A stretch of 64,000 bases of DNA from an uncultured Candidatus Saccharibacteria bacterium (GCA_964402035.1 CAYOAM010000001.1:307558-371557), one strand, 5' to 3'. Positions 49,945 through 60,679 are shown, numbered from the stretch's first letter. A program made the numbers and translations. The notes: generated from the letters alone by a model not told the origin.

Positions 49945-50670
49945 TTATTTTTCTAGAATCTCAATACCCGAAATAATAACCGGCACAACAGGTACATCAC
50001 GAGCACCCGTCTCTACTTTCCCAATAGTATCGACAATGTCGATACCCTGGATCACCCGTCCAAACACCGGATGCTTGCTTGCAGCTGGCTCCTTGTCATA
50101 ATCAAGACCAACATTGTTTCCGGTATTAATAAAGAATTGGCTACCACCTGAGTTTGGTTGACCAGTATTTGCCATCGCTATCGTACCCTTCACATTGGTG
50201 AGGCGCGGATCAGCGACAAATTCGTCTTCGATCGTGTATCCGGGTCCACCCTGACCATATACCGCAGGATTTGAACCTTTGGAGTTTGGATCTCCACCCT
50301 GGATCATAAAGCCATCAATCACACGGTGAAACTTTGTATTGTTATAAAATCCCTCTTTTGCGAGCTTTACGAAATTGCCAACCGTAATAGGCATAGCATC
50401 TTGATAGAGCTCAAGGACAATATCTCCTTTTGAGGTATGAAAGGTTGCTGTTGGATTTGCTTTTTTTTGTTCATCCATAGTGTTTGGTGTATTTGATGCT
50501 TGAGTAATATTTTCTGGCGGTGAGAGTGGTCCTGGCAGTTGGTCGTTGAATGTATCACTATTTGGCGAAAGTGATAATTCTCCGGAACTGTACCCGACCC
50601 ACATACCGATAGCACCAACCAGGATCACACTTCCTGTGATGGTAATAATAATGTGTTTGATGTCTGCCAT
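49945..50670 (-). CDS. peptidyl-prolyl cis-trans isomerase, cyclophilin type, membrane-anchored
   Basis: FHRVIDGFMIQGGDP signature. Confidence 0.9.
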   Translation of the reverse strand: MADIKHIIITITGSVILVGAIGMWVGYSSGELSLSPNSDTFNDQLPGPLSPPENITQASNTPNTMDEQKKANPTATFHTSKGDIVLELYQDAMPITVGNFVKLAKEGFYNNTKFHRVIDGFMIQGGDPNSKGSNPAVYGQGGPGYTIEDEFVADPRLTNVKGTIAMANTGQPNSGGSQFFINTGNNVGLDYDKEPAASKHPVFGRVIQGIDIVDTIGKVETGARDVPVVPVIISGIEILEK

Positions 50671-50671
50671 A

Positions 50672-51118
50672 CTATTTTTTTGCTTCTATACTAATAGAGA
50701 CTTCCCCTTTAAAACCTCCTGTTTGCACCAGTATGGTTTGCATACCTAGATCTTTGAAAACGCCAGAAAATAGTATATCGCGCTCTTCAAGTGCAACACC
50801 ATACCGAGTGTGTACGGCGGCGATAATATCAGAGACGTGCACACCCTTAAAAAGATGGCCCTTTTCATTTGCTGCAGCAAAAATAACCAGGGGTTTGAGC
50901 GCGGAGTCCTCAGCAAGCCCCCGAAGTGTTGACTCTTTTTTATCGCCTCGCTCTTTTTGTGATGCTTGCTGCGCATGCGCCTTTTTCACATGCTCCGCGG
51001 TCGCAGGGACCGCCAACTTACGAGGAATAAGATTGTTGTACGCAAAACCATCCGCCACATCTTTGACTTCGTGTTTCTTCCCTATCTTTGGAACGTTCTG
51101 CAAAAAGAGTACTTTCAT
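50672..51118 (-). CDS. rplI: 50S ribosomal protein L9
   Basis: MKVLFLQNVPKIGKKHEVKDVADGFAYNNLIPRKLAVPAT L9 N-domain. Confidence 0.9.
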   Translation of the reverse strand: MKVLFLQNVPKIGKKHEVKDVADGFAYNNLIPRKLAVPATAEHVKKAHAQQASQKERGDKKESTLRGLAEDSALKPLVIFAAANEKGHLFKGVHVSDIIAAVHTRYGVALEERDILFSGVFKDLGMQTILVQTGGFKGEVSISIEAKK

Positions 51119-51157
51119 ATAACCCCGCTATCATAACGAAATAACGAACGAACAGCA

Positions 51158-51197
51158 ACCAAGCACTTCTTTTCCTATCAGAAAAGAAGTGCTTGGT
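51158..51197 (-). terminator. hairpin terminator downstream of ctp
   Basis: CCAAGCACTTCTTTTC-loop-GAAAAGAAGTGCTTGG perfect 16-bp stem. Confidence 0.5.
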
Positions 51198-52498
51198 TAG
51201 CGATTGAGATATTCGCGAGCAGCATCCATCTGTGGGTCTTTCTCTGCCTCACGATCTTCGGGAGTACGCTCGACCTCAACATCTGGAGCCAAACCACCAT
51301 TTGAAATTGAGACGCCATTTGGAGTGAGCCATCGGGCTATGGTCACTTTGAGTGAAGCGCCATGGGGTAGATCAATGAGTTCCTGCACTGAGCCTTTTCC
51401 AAATGTATGCTGGCCAATCAGTGTTGCAACACCATGCTCTTTTAGAGCGCCCGCCAAAATTTCTGCAGCCGAGGCAGAACCCCCATCAATCAACACCACC
51501 GTTTTAAAATCACGATACTTATGCAGATCTTTTCCTGAACTTCGATAGAGTTGTTCCGCTTGCTCTGTCCCAAAATTTTCTCGTACGATCACTTTTCCGG
51601 TTGGCAAGAAATAGCTCGCAATACCAACCGCACTCTGAAGAAACCCACCAGGATTACCTCGGAGATCCAAAATGAGCTTCTTGCTACCGCTTTCCATAAA
51701 TGCACGCAACGCTTCCTGCATCTTTGCCTCCGATATCGCAGAAAAATTGTAGAGCGCAATCATAAATACCCCGTCTTTGCTTTCTGTCTTTATGGTCGGG
51801 ATGACAATGGTATCGCGCACAATAGTAACTTCAATGGGCTTTTCGGCACCCTTTCTATAGAGTGTGAGTGATACCGATGTCCCCTTCTCACCACGAATAT
51901 GCGAGACCGCTTCATCAACACTCATATGCTCGGTCGACTTGCCATCAATAGACACCAACACATCTCCCGTAAGAATGCCCGCCTTTTCCGAAGGTGACTC
52001 CGGTAGTGGCGCGATAACGGTGATCAGGCTATCTTTCATCCCAACTTCCATTCCCACACCACCAAACTCTCCCGCGATGTCTGACTCAAATGCAGCCGCT
52101 TCCTCGGGCGGAAAAAAGACCGTATACGGATCACCATAGGCGCTCACCAATCCTTCGATTGCGCCCCAGACACGCGCTTCGTCACTCAGGGGATCCGTCG
52201 TTGTTGAGCTTACAAAACGTTCATCAAGTGTGTGCCATACTTTCCAGAAGAGATCCAGTTGCACCTCCTCCTTTGGAGCCGCTGATGAAAACAAGAACGA
52301 TCCCAGACTTGCAGATTGATTACTTTCTGCTCCCACCTGCATACCTGAAAAAAATGCAGCTGCCGCAAAAAAGAATGCAAGGCCATAGCCTAATAGTGAT
52401 GATTTTTTCAAGCCACCACCCGCTGATGTACGTTCCCCCGTCTCCAAAATCACGACTCCTTCGGGTTTTGCGATTGTCTGTTCATCCATAAGTATCAC
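51197..52498 (-). CDS. ctpA: carboxyl-terminal processing protease (S41, PDZ-containing)
   Basis: LILDLRGNPGG, PDZ segment, catalytic S/K region. Confidence 0.9.
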   Translation of the reverse strand: MILMDEQTIAKPEGVVILETGERTSAGGGLKKSSLLGYGLAFFFAAAAFFSGMQVGAESNQSASLGSFLFSSAAPKEEVQLDLFWKVWHTLDERFVSSTTTDPLSDEARVWGAIEGLVSAYGDPYTVFFPPEEAAAFESDIAGEFGGVGMEVGMKDSLITVIAPLPESPSEKAGILTGDVLVSIDGKSTEHMSVDEAVSHIRGEKGTSVSLTLYRKGAEKPIEVTIVRDTIVIPTIKTESKDGVFMIALYNFSAISEAKMQEALRAFMESGSKKLILDLRGNPGGFLQSAVGIASYFLPTGKVIVRENFGTEQAEQLYRSSGKDLHKYRDFKTVVLIDGGSASAAEILAGALKEHGVATLIGQHTFGKGSVQELIDLPHGASLKVTIARWLTPNGVSISNGGLAPDVEVERTPEDREAEKDPQMDAAREYLNR

Positions 52499-52560
52499 GC
52501 ATTATTACATACACAGAGTCGTATGTACAAAGCATAAGTCTAGAGTGGTACACTGTAGGT

Positions 52561-53472
52561 ATGATTCAAAAATATGAAGGCACAGGCGTGACGTGGATAG
52601 ATCTCCTCACACCTTCACCAGAAGAAGTCCGTGCCATCATGGAAGAGTGCAATATTCCGCCAGAACTCCTCGGTGACCTCACGACCCCGGTACCGCGCTC
52701 TGAAGGTACCGCTTCCGGGAACACGATAAAGATCAATATAGATTTTCCTGTCGTCAAACAAAAAGAGATTGAGCGCACGCATGAGATCAAGTTTCTGATT
52801 AGCCAAAAGACGCTGATTACGGTGCGCTACGAAGAAATTACCGCGCTCCATACCTTTGGAAAGGAATTCGAAGTTCTTTCAACACTAAAGCGTGCGACAA
52901 AGGGAGTGAGCGGCGCAACGCTCTTTATTGCACTTATGGGAACCCTCTACGACAGCCTTGCATCAAAACTCGACTACACAGAATCGCGCCTCGCATTTAT
53001 CGAGCAAGAAATGTTTGAAGAACGCGAACGAGAAATGGTGTTTGAGATTTCACGCCTGAGCCAAACCTTGATCACGTTCAAACAAATACTTTTTTCACAC
53101 AAAGAAGTACTGGAATTAGTGCAACCAAAATTTATCACCATTTTTGGCGATGAATTTGAGTCACACTTGAGCGACTTGGCAACGTACTACCAATTTCTCA
53201 CACGACGTGTGAGCACCCTTACCGATTCACTCCACGAACTCCGCGATACCAACAACTCTCTGCTTTCAACGAAACAGAACGAGACAATGAAAGTGCTCAC
53301 CATCATGGCGTTTGTCACCTACCCACTCACCCTTATTTCGTCCGTGTTTGGTATGAATACGGAACACACGCCTTTTGTGGGGGGCGCCTACGGTTTTTGG
53401 ATAATTATTGGTATTATGGCGGCTGCCGCTTCTTTACTCTTTATTTACTTCAAGCATAAAAACTGGTTATAA
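52561..53472 (+). CDS. corA: CorA family magnesium/cobalt transporter
   Basis: C-terminal YPLTLISSVFGMN signature + 2 TM. Confidence 0.9.
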   Translation: MIQKYEGTGVTWIDLLTPSPEEVRAIMEECNIPPELLGDLTTPVPRSEGTASGNTIKINIDFPVVKQKEIERTHEIKFLISQKTLITVRYEEITALHTFGKEFEVLSTLKRATKGVSGATLFIALMGTLYDSLASKLDYTESRLAFIEQEMFEEREREMVFEISRLSQTLITFKQILFSHKEVLELVQPKFITIFGDEFESHLSDLATYYQFLTRRVSTLTDSLHELRDTNNSLLSTKQNETMKVLTIMAFVTYPLTLISSVFGMNTEHTPFVGGAYGFWIIIGIMAAAASLLFIYFKHKNWL

Positions 53473-53633
53473 ATATGTCTAAAGAAACTCATATGCTTTG
53501 TTGTCCGCGCTAAAAAGAAATTCATCGTATAATCCATACGCCTCATTTCTTTTTAGCTTGACGTCGCGCCTCTGAGTTTTTAAGAACATATTTAAAAACA
53601 GACAATCAGTCTTCAGAACATCAACATATTTTT

Positions 53634-55088
53634 ATGTCTTTCCTAACTTTTAAGAAAAAAGATAGCGACCTACCACCGCTGTATATTAAAAACACCCTCA
53701 CACGCGAACTTGAAGAGTTTGTACCGCTTTCAAAGGACCAAGTCACCATCTACACCTGTGGCCCTACGGCGTACGATTTTGCACATATTGGAAATCTCCG
53801 CGCATACGTGTTTTCAGATATCTTGAAGCGTACGCTTTTGCTCAATGGATACGATGTAAACCATACAATTAACATCACTGACTTTGGCCACCTCTCGGGC
53901 GATGGCGATGACGGCGAAGACAAGATGGTAATCGCGATTAAACGCGAGGGCAAACCGCATACGATGGCATCCGTTAAAGAGATTGCGCAGATTTACAGTG
54001 AGGCATTCAAACAAGATATGGATGCGCTCGGAATCATGCCGCCAACACAGTACACGCCTGCCAGTGACTTCATCAATGAAGAAATTGCATTGGTTAAGGA
54101 GCTCGACCAGAAAGGATACACGTACACCACAAGCGACGGTGTGTACTTTGATATTTCTCATTTTCCAACCTATGGAAGACTCGGCAACATTAACCTAGAA
54201 GCTCTTAAAGAAGGTGCCCGTGTTGCGGCAAATCCTGAAAAGAAGCATCCTGCCGATTTTGCTGTTTGGAAATTTGGTGAACTTGGCTGGGAGAGTCCCT
54301 GGGGCAAAGGATTCCCCGGTTGGCATATTGAGTGTACTGCAATGGCATTTGCGACTCTGGGTAACCAAATCGACATTCATACCGGCGGAATCGATCATAT
54401 TGCTACACACCACAATGGCGAAATTGCCCAAGCAGAAGCGGCAACGGGAAAAACATATGTGAAATACTGGATGCATAATGCATTCATCACATTGGATCAA
54501 AAGCGTATTGGAAAGTCTGTTGGAAATGCAATCTACTTGAAAACCTTGGTAGAGCACGGATATGATCCGCTTGCCTATCGCTACTGGCTCCTTACCGGGC
54601 ACTACTCTTCCCCGATGGATTTTACCTTTGAAGCACTCGATGGCGCAAAACAGGCACACTTTAAACTTCGCCGTTTTGTGTACGGAGATCTCAAAGATGT
54701 GACACCGGGAACGATTGATGAAAACTACACGATGGAATTCTTTGCTGCGATCAACAATGACCTTGATACACCAGCCGCAATCGCACTTCTCTGGCAACTT
54801 GTAAAGGACAAAAATATTTCAGACGAAGACAAACTAGCGACCATCCGATTTTTCGATACGACACTCAACCTTGGTCTATCCGAAGAAAATGATGAGGCTG
54901 CACACAATCTCGGCGTCATCTCACTCGAATCACTTTCACCCGAACTTCAGTCATTGATCAAAGACCGTGAAAAAGCCCGCAGCGAAAAACGCTGGGCCGA
55001 TGCCGATATCCTGCGCCAACAGATCAATAACCACGGCTATCTTGTTGTAGATACTGAAGACGGTACCGTAATCACAAAATCGGCTTAA
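53634..55088 (+). CDS. cysS: cysteine--tRNA ligase
   Basis: HIGH (AHIGNLR), KMSKS-like (RIGKSVGN), zinc-binding Cys, DALR-like C-term. Confidence 0.95.
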   Translation: MSFLTFKKKDSDLPPLYIKNTLTRELEEFVPLSKDQVTIYTCGPTAYDFAHIGNLRAYVFSDILKRTLLLNGYDVNHTINITDFGHLSGDGDDGEDKMVIAIKREGKPHTMASVKEIAQIYSEAFKQDMDALGIMPPTQYTPASDFINEEIALVKELDQKGYTYTTSDGVYFDISHFPTYGRLGNINLEALKEGARVAANPEKKHPADFAVWKFGELGWESPWGKGFPGWHIECTAMAFATLGNQIDIHTGGIDHIATHHNGEIAQAEAATGKTYVKYWMHNAFITLDQKRIGKSVGNAIYLKTLVEHGYDPLAYRYWLLTGHYSSPMDFTFEALDGAKQAHFKLRRFVYGDLKDVTPGTIDENYTMEFFAAINNDLDTPAAIALLWQLVKDKNISDEDKLATIRFFDTTLNLGLSEENDEAAHNLGVISLESLSPELQSLIKDREKARSEKRWADADILRQQINNHGYLVVDTEDGTVITKSA

Positions 55089-55190
55089 TATAAAGTCTTT
55101 TTTAAAAAAACCGTTTGCATTGACGTCTAGTTGTGCTCAATGCTAGATTGTTACCTGTACAGCACATTTCCAAACCATAAGGAGCGGCGC

Positions 55191-55679
55191 ATGCAGACTC
55201 ATGTCCACCCTCGTACTGGGGCTGCTATCGAAGGGGTTCGACTACCTCCAGGCAGCATCATCAGCAAGAGAGACTGGTACGATTCATCGGACGGTAAATG
55301 GCGTAAAGCTGGGCATGTAGCGGGTATTACCCTCGAGCGCGGCTGCACGACCATTTGGGTTCGTCAGCCCAAAAAACTCTCAATCAACGCTTGCACCTTG
55401 CTCGACTATCTCAAGACGCAGCCGTGGGGCAAGAAGACATGTATCGGGGAACGCGATCGCACTTTCTATGTCATTCCGAGTCCGACTTTCAACTGGGACG
55501 GGCGGATCGATATCGAAGCGATGCGTGTCATGCACCCTGAATGCGTTCAAGAACTCATCGACAACGGCCATCTTGCTTTCAGTGAGGAAGAGGCGACCAA
55601 CTGGTTGTCTGAGTACGCGACCGTGCGGGACAAGCACAAAAATCGCGTATACACCCTCACCAACGAGAGAGCTCAATAG
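55191..55679 (+). CDS. hypothetical protein
   Basis: AAGGAG RBS before ATG at 55191; own promoter-like TTGACG-18-TAGATT; terminator downstream. Confidence 0.5.
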   Translation: MQTHVHPRTGAAIEGVRLPPGSIISKRDWYDSSDGKWRKAGHVAGITLERGCTTIWVRQPKKLSINACTLLDYLKTQPWGKKTCIGERDRTFYVIPSPTFNWDGRIDIEAMRVMHPECVQELIDNGHLAFSEEEATNWLSEYATVRDKHKNRVYTLTNERAQ

Positions 55680-55710
55680 GCTAGGGCTTCCGTCACTCGC
55701 GCATGTATCC

Positions 55711-55745
55711 AGGCCAACATCGAAAGATGTTGGCCTTTTTCTACA
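55711..55745 (+). terminator. rho-independent terminator
   Basis: AGGCCAACATC-GAAA-GATGTTGGCCT + TTTTTCT. Confidence 0.65.
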
Positions 55746-55820
55746 GATCTCCTATACACATGCTATGCACCGAAAGCCAACAGAGCTACAAAAAGTGCAT
55801 CGTGATACAATGTCGCCACT

Positions 55821-57224
55821 ATGGCCGATGACTCTCGCAATACTTCAGGTACTCCCAAGCGCCTACGTACCCCACCGCACAACCTCGATGCGGAGCGAGC
55901 GCTCTTGGGCGCTGTCATTCTTCGACCCGACACACTCCACGATGTAACCGTTACCACATACCCTGAATCGTTTTATGCAGAAAAACATCGCGATATTTTT
56001 CGTGCCATTGTAGGACTTTTTAGTAAGGGAAATCCAATTGACCTCCTTTCAATATCACATGCCCTCACAGAAAAAGGAGCACTCGATCGCGTTGGTGGTT
56101 CTAGTTACTTGACCGAACTTATCGATGTCGTACCGGCTGCCGGCAACGCGACATACTATGCCAGCCTCGTTCAGCAAAAGTTTGTGCTCCGTAGTCTCAT
56201 CAGTGCTGCAGATGAACTCGCAGAGATGGGATTTTCAAATCCTGAAGATGTTGATGTCATCCTCGATGCGGCAGAAAAACGCATCTACCAAATCACCCAA
56301 TCCCCTACCGCGCAGCGTTTTGTAGCACTCAAAGAAACACTGGGCGAAGCATGGGAACGATTGGAGAAACTGCATAATTCAACGGAAGAGTTGCGCGGAG
56401 TCCGATCAGGATTTCCAGCGCTCGACAACTTGCTTGCGGGTTTTCAAAAATCAGACCTCATTATTCTTGCTGCGCGTCCTAGTATGGGAAAGACGACGCT
56501 TGCGCTTGATATTGCTCGCAATGCTGCTGTCCAACACAAAGCGCATGTTGGATTCTTTTCTCTCGAAATGAGTTCTCAGCAACTTGTCGACCGCATGGTC
56601 GCTGCCGAAGCAAAAGTTGATGCGTGGAAACTACGCACCGGAAAATTGAGTTCCGATTCCGAATTTGCTCTCGTTCAGGAAGCCCTCGGACGCCTCGGCG
56701 AAGCACCGATTCATATCGACGACCAGCCGGGCAACAACATTCTCAAGATGCGTTCGGCGGCACGCAGGCTGAAAAATGAGCACGGCCTCGACATTATTGT
56801 TGTTGATTATCTCCAGCTCATGATGCCAACACAAACTCGCTCGAGCGACTCGATGGTGCAGCAGGTGACCGAGATTTCTCGCTCGCTCAAAAACCTCGCG
56901 CGTGAGCTCAATGTACCCGTCATTGCTCTTTCGCAGCTTTCGCGCGCGGTAGAACAGCGTGGTGGGAAGCCACGACTGTCAGACCTTCGCGACTCTGGTT
57001 CGATCGAGCAGGATGCAGACGTCGTGATGTTCATCCACCGCGAAGATAAGGTAAATCCAAACTCAGACAAACCAAATATCGCCGAAATTATGATTGAAAA
57101 ACACCGCAATGGACCTACCGGAAAAATTGAACTCTACTTTGATGACAAACGTACCACCTTCCTCCCGCTCGATACCAAGTCCAATTTTCAGGGAGCTGCT
57201 GCGGGGGCCGATGAAGATTTCTAG
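55821..57224 (+). CDS. dnaB: replicative DNA helicase DnaB
   Basis: Walker A ARPSMGKT, DnaB N- and C-domain motifs, no intein. Confidence 0.95.
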   Translation: MADDSRNTSGTPKRLRTPPHNLDAERALLGAVILRPDTLHDVTVTTYPESFYAEKHRDIFRAIVGLFSKGNPIDLLSISHALTEKGALDRVGGSSYLTELIDVVPAAGNATYYASLVQQKFVLRSLISAADELAEMGFSNPEDVDVILDAAEKRIYQITQSPTAQRFVALKETLGEAWERLEKLHNSTEELRGVRSGFPALDNLLAGFQKSDLIILAARPSMGKTTLALDIARNAAVQHKAHVGFFSLEMSSQQLVDRMVAAEAKVDAWKLRTGKLSSDSEFALVQEALGRLGEAPIHIDDQPGNNILKMRSAARRLKNEHGLDIIVVDYLQLMMPTQTRSSDSMVQQVTEISRSLKNLARELNVPVIALSQLSRAVEQRGGKPRLSDLRDSGSIEQDADVVMFIHREDKVNPNSDKPNIAEIMIEKHRNGPTGKIELYFDDKRTTFLPLDTKSNFQGAAAGADEDF

Positions 57225-57235
57225 TATCACTACAC

Positions 57236-57856
57236 ATGTCTCCACTTGAACGACTCACTGAACTGTTTCAAAAATTTCCGGGCATTGGTCCGCGCCAAGC
57301 ACAGCGTTTTACCTATCACCTCCTCGCACAAGATAGGAGCTACATCGACACACTGGCTTCCTTGATCAAGGAAGTGAGAAACGGCATGCACGAATGTGCA
57401 CTCTGTTTTCGACACTACACTCCTGACCACGGCGAGACACTATGTGACATTTGTAGCACCGACCGCGACCCTTCCCAACTCCTCATCGTTGAGCGCGACC
57501 AAGACATACTTCCCGTCGAACGAGCACAGATATATAAGGGTTTTTATTTTGTGTTGGGTGGCACCATACCACTCCTTGATCAGCATCATACAAGCAAAAC
57601 ACGTGGTCCAGCGCTTAAAGCGATCGTCGCAAAACGCATTGAGCAAGGACTCACTGAAGTGATTTTGGCTTTTTCGGTTAATCCGGATGGAGAAAATACT
57701 GCCCGCTATGTCGAAGCTGAGCTTGGACCGCTCGCAACCTCCCACAACCTCACAATATCCATCCTCGGACGTGGACTTTCGACGGGCAGTGAACTCGAGT
57801 ATGCTGACGCCGAGACCATTAAAAGCGCGCTCCAAAACCGCTCCCGGCACTCCTAG
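57236..57856 (+). CDS. recR: recombination protein RecR
   Basis: HhH N-term, C4 zinc finger CALC...CDIC, Toprim domain. Confidence 0.95.
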   Translation: MSPLERLTELFQKFPGIGPRQAQRFTYHLLAQDRSYIDTLASLIKEVRNGMHECALCFRHYTPDHGETLCDICSTDRDPSQLLIVERDQDILPVERAQIYKGFYFVLGGTIPLLDQHHTSKTRGPALKAIVAKRIEQGLTEVILAFSVNPDGENTARYVEAELGPLATSHNLTISILGRGLSTGSELEYADAETIKSALQNRSRHS

Positions 57857-57948
57857 ATACACCCGCATTCTTTGACGGCAAAAGACTTCAGGTGTACCCT
57901 TTTCCGTGGACCCGCAGTTTTTGGGCCGTTTTTTGTTAAGGGGGTACC

Positions 57949-58308
57949 GTGACGCATACACGACATTGCATACACTTCCCCGACTGTCATGAACTCACCG
58001 CTCCGGAGGTGACTGCTCGGCTTCGTACACACATACACGAAGAGAGATGTCAGCACTGCACCAAAGCGCTTCGGCGCATGAAACCTGCATATCTCGAGGA
58101 AATGTGTAGCCGAAAGGTTCAAGAGACACAAGATCCTTTTGCACGTCAGGCACTTATGCTTTATTTGGGTGTAATTAAGAGTCGTGAGAAGCGTCTCATT
58201 GCTCTCTTTTGGCGAGAACAGAGTATATGCTTGAAAGACCATAAACTGAAGCAACAGAGTAATGGTGGTCACCGTCCGACCTACCAAAGCCAAGCGATGA
58301 GTCGCTAA
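57949..58308 (+). CDS. His/Cys-rich hypothetical protein (possible metal-binding)
   Basis: AAGGGGG upstream of GTG start; strong terminator immediately downstream; preferred over antisense ORF 57853..58293. Confidence 0.45.
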   Translation: MTHTRHCIHFPDCHELTAPEVTARLRTHIHEERCQHCTKALRRMKPAYLEEMCSRKVQETQDPFARQALMLYLGVIKSREKRLIALFWREQSICLKDHKLKQQSNGGHRPTYQSQAMSR

Positions 58309-58314
58309 ACGACA

Positions 58315-58348
58315 AACCCCGAGCGCGAGCTCGGGGTATTTTTTATCT
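58315..58348 (+). terminator. rho-independent terminator
   Basis: CCCCGAGCGCGAGCTCGGGG + TATTTTTTAT. Confidence 0.7.
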
Positions 58349-58366
58349 TAATACATTTTTACAAAC

Positions 58367-58404
58367 ACATTAAAACCCCTCGTAGATGAGGGGTTTTAAT
58401 GTTC
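58367..58404. terminator. perfect palindromic hairpin, terminator for rplU (minus)
   Basis: ACATTAAAACCCCTC-GTAGAT-GAGGGGTTTTAATGT. Confidence 0.6.
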
Positions 58405-58405
58405 T

Positions 58406-58759
58406 TTACTTGAAGGCTTCGATAGTCACCTTACTATATTTCTGTCGGTGCCCTACGCGTCGATCTCGGTTACTCTTAGCTTTAAATCGCACAATAGTGA
58501 GCTTTTCTCCCTTGATATCGGCAACATACTTTGCAGTAACTTTTGCTCCTGCAATATAGGGAGTGCCGATCGTCGTATCTTTGCCATTATCAACAAGGAG
58601 TACTTTATCAAAAGTTACTGCATCTCCCTCTTTGAGTTCGCCTAGAGGAGAAAGAATCTCAACTTCGAGCGTATCACCCACCGACACGACATATTGCTTG
58701 CCACCGGTCTCGATGACGGCAATCTCTTTTTCGGCTGATATTGGGGCTTTCTTTGCCAT
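58406..58759 (-). CDS. rplU: 50S ribosomal protein L21
   Basis: IAVIETGGKQYVVSVGDTLEVE...L21 pattern; likely start MAKKAPIS (ORF extends to 58807). Confidence 0.9.
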   Translation of the reverse strand: MAKKAPISAEKEIAVIETGGKQYVVSVGDTLEVEILSPLGELKEGDAVTFDKVLLVDNGKDTTIGTPYIAGAKVTAKYVADIKGEKLTIVRFKAKSNRDRRVGHRQKYSKVTIEAFK

Positions 58760-58855
58760 AGACCCCGCATAGTACAAGAAAACCCCCAAAAGTGCAACCA
58801 TCTGCATCGGAGCATAGAAAAAGCCCCCGGAACGAGTTCCGAAGGCATTTACGGG

Positions 58856-59389
58856 TCAATCGGTGTACATAAACAAAGTATTATCTAGTGCAACTGAAAG
58901 AGTGACAGGCGACCGTGGTAATACCACCACTTTGACCTCTGAACCATTTGGAAGAGAAGCAAAATGGGCTTTCGCATTTTTTTCTTCTTCCTTCGTACTT
59001 ACCCACAGGACATGGGGTACCACGTCGGTAAGTTGAGAATGCCCACCGGCCTCAACCTCGAAACATATGATCCCAATACCCGCCGCTTGTGCAGCTCTGA
59101 GGAACAGCAACTGATATTGCATTTCATCCTTATTACTTACATCTGCCAGCAGGACGTTGTAAGCGTTACGCCTATACAGTCCTGCCAATTCCTCCACCGC
59201 TGTTGCATCCTGCACATCAGGCAGCTCGCTAAAATAAATATCATCCCGACTAAAAATGCGCCGAGTATTGCCGCCGACACAATAGAGCGTGCAACTTACT
59301 TTCTTTTTTAAGCCAACAATACACTGTATCAGTGCATAAGAAGTCCTTGCGCCAGTAACAGCGTGGACAACCGCAATTGGATTGAGCAT
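58856..59389 (-). CDS. flavoprotein-fold protein (CoaC/Dfp N-domain-like), function uncertain
   Basis: N-terminal IAVVHAVTGARTSYALIQCIVGLKK resembles flavoprotein family Rossmann start. Confidence 0.4.
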   Translation of the reverse strand: MLNPIAVVHAVTGARTSYALIQCIVGLKKKVSCTLYCVGGNTRRIFSRDDIYFSELPDVQDATAVEELAGLYRRNAYNVLLADVSNKDEMQYQLLFLRAAQAAGIGIICFEVEAGGHSQLTDVVPHVLWVSTKEEEKNAKAHFASLPNGSEVKVVVLPRSPVTLSVALDNTLFMYTD

Positions 59390-59503
59390 GTGAGTAGCAC
59401 CTTATTTTGAGGAACAACATATTGTCCTAAGCAGAAACTAATAAAACTATATCACACTTTTATGAAAAAACAATATTTGAAACTTTCCCCTCACCCATCG
59501 TAC

Positions 59504-60592
59504 CTACTCCTCCACCTGTGGTTTTTCGATTGAAAGCTGACCAATTTCCATTGATGCACCGGTGATCCGGGTCACATCTTTATCGATCTTTCCGAGCTCC
59601 TTTTGCGCGGTATTGTAGTGATTCACGGTTGTGCCAAGCGCATTCCCCACTTTTTTAAAATAATCATCATACGCTTTGAGGTGTCGCGAGAGTGCTTCAA
59701 CCTGTACGCCAATTTGTTTTGCTGATTCTTCAATTTTAAATGCGCGAAAGCCATAGAGGACCGACTGGAGATACGCTGCAAACGTCGTTGGCGAGACGAT
59801 GATCACGTTCCGATCTTTATATGCATAGTCTATGAGCGAGCGTGTATTCACTTTCACTGACCCCACTTCATTGACCAGAAGGTCGTAGTAGATTGCTTCT
59901 GCAGGAATATACATAAAGGCAAATGGCAATGTCCCGTCTTTTGGACGGATGTATTTTGCGGTTTCGTCGATGCGCTTCTTGAGATCATTTTTAAATTCTT
60001 TTTCCAATTCATCGCGTCGAATATCGTCGGTCTCATCAACAAGCCTCCGATAGTTGTCAAGGGAAAACTTTGCATCAACCGGGATCATGCCGTCTTTGGT
60101 GTGAATCACGGCATCAACCGTTTCCCCACCCGGAAACATGTACTGCATTTTAAATGCCGTTGCCGGAAGCATGTTTTCAAGTGCAAGCTGGAGTGATGCT
60201 TCACCAAGATTTCCCCGCTGCTTTTGATGTTTAAGAACCTTTTCCAAACTCTGCAGTTGCTCTGCAACCGAAAACACTTGCTTTGAAGATTCTGACACCT
60301 CACTCACCCCCTTCACCACATGCATCAGTTGCTCATTGACCTCTTTGTTGATATCACGTATCAGTTTTTGTGATTCATTAAACTGCATCTTCACCGACTC
60401 GTGCATTGATTTGTTGCTCTCCCCCATACGGTCATTGAGCGTCCGCGTGAGCTCCTGTAGTTGCTGTTGCAAAAGGAGCATCCCCTGCCCATCATCTTTT
60501 TTTGGAGCATTCTTCTGCCCAATGAGTACGTACAAAACCGCCCCAATACCAAGGACGAGTACACCGACAAGAAGCAATAATAGTGTTTCCAT
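59504..60592 (-). CDS. rmuC: DNA recombination protein RmuC
   Basis: N-terminal TM, long coiled coil, conserved RmuC C-terminal nuclease-like region (VIIVSPTTFAAYLQSV). Confidence 0.8.
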   Translation of the reverse strand: METLLLLLVGVLVLGIGAVLYVLIGQKNAPKKDDGQGMLLLQQQLQELTRTLNDRMGESNKSMHESVKMQFNESQKLIRDINKEVNEQLMHVVKGVSEVSESSKQVFSVAEQLQSLEKVLKHQKQRGNLGEASLQLALENMLPATAFKMQYMFPGGETVDAVIHTKDGMIPVDAKFSLDNYRRLVDETDDIRRDELEKEFKNDLKKRIDETAKYIRPKDGTLPFAFMYIPAEAIYYDLLVNEVGSVKVNTRSLIDYAYKDRNVIIVSPTTFAAYLQSVLYGFRAFKIEESAKQIGVQVEALSRHLKAYDDYFKKVGNALGTTVNHYNTAQKELGKIDKDVTRITGASMEIGQLSIEKPQVEE

Positions 60593-60679
60593 ACCCCCTA
60601 CAGCGTACCATATTATAAAATAGCTTTATGCACAGCACTTGCGTTTTCTACTTTCTATGACATTGTACAACTGCAACAT

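Noticed and set aside
57853-58293. 146-aa minus-strand ORF
   Set aside because: Overlaps a plus-strand ORF that has an RBS-like AAGGGGG and a strong plus-strand terminator right after it; the minus ORF lacks such signals.
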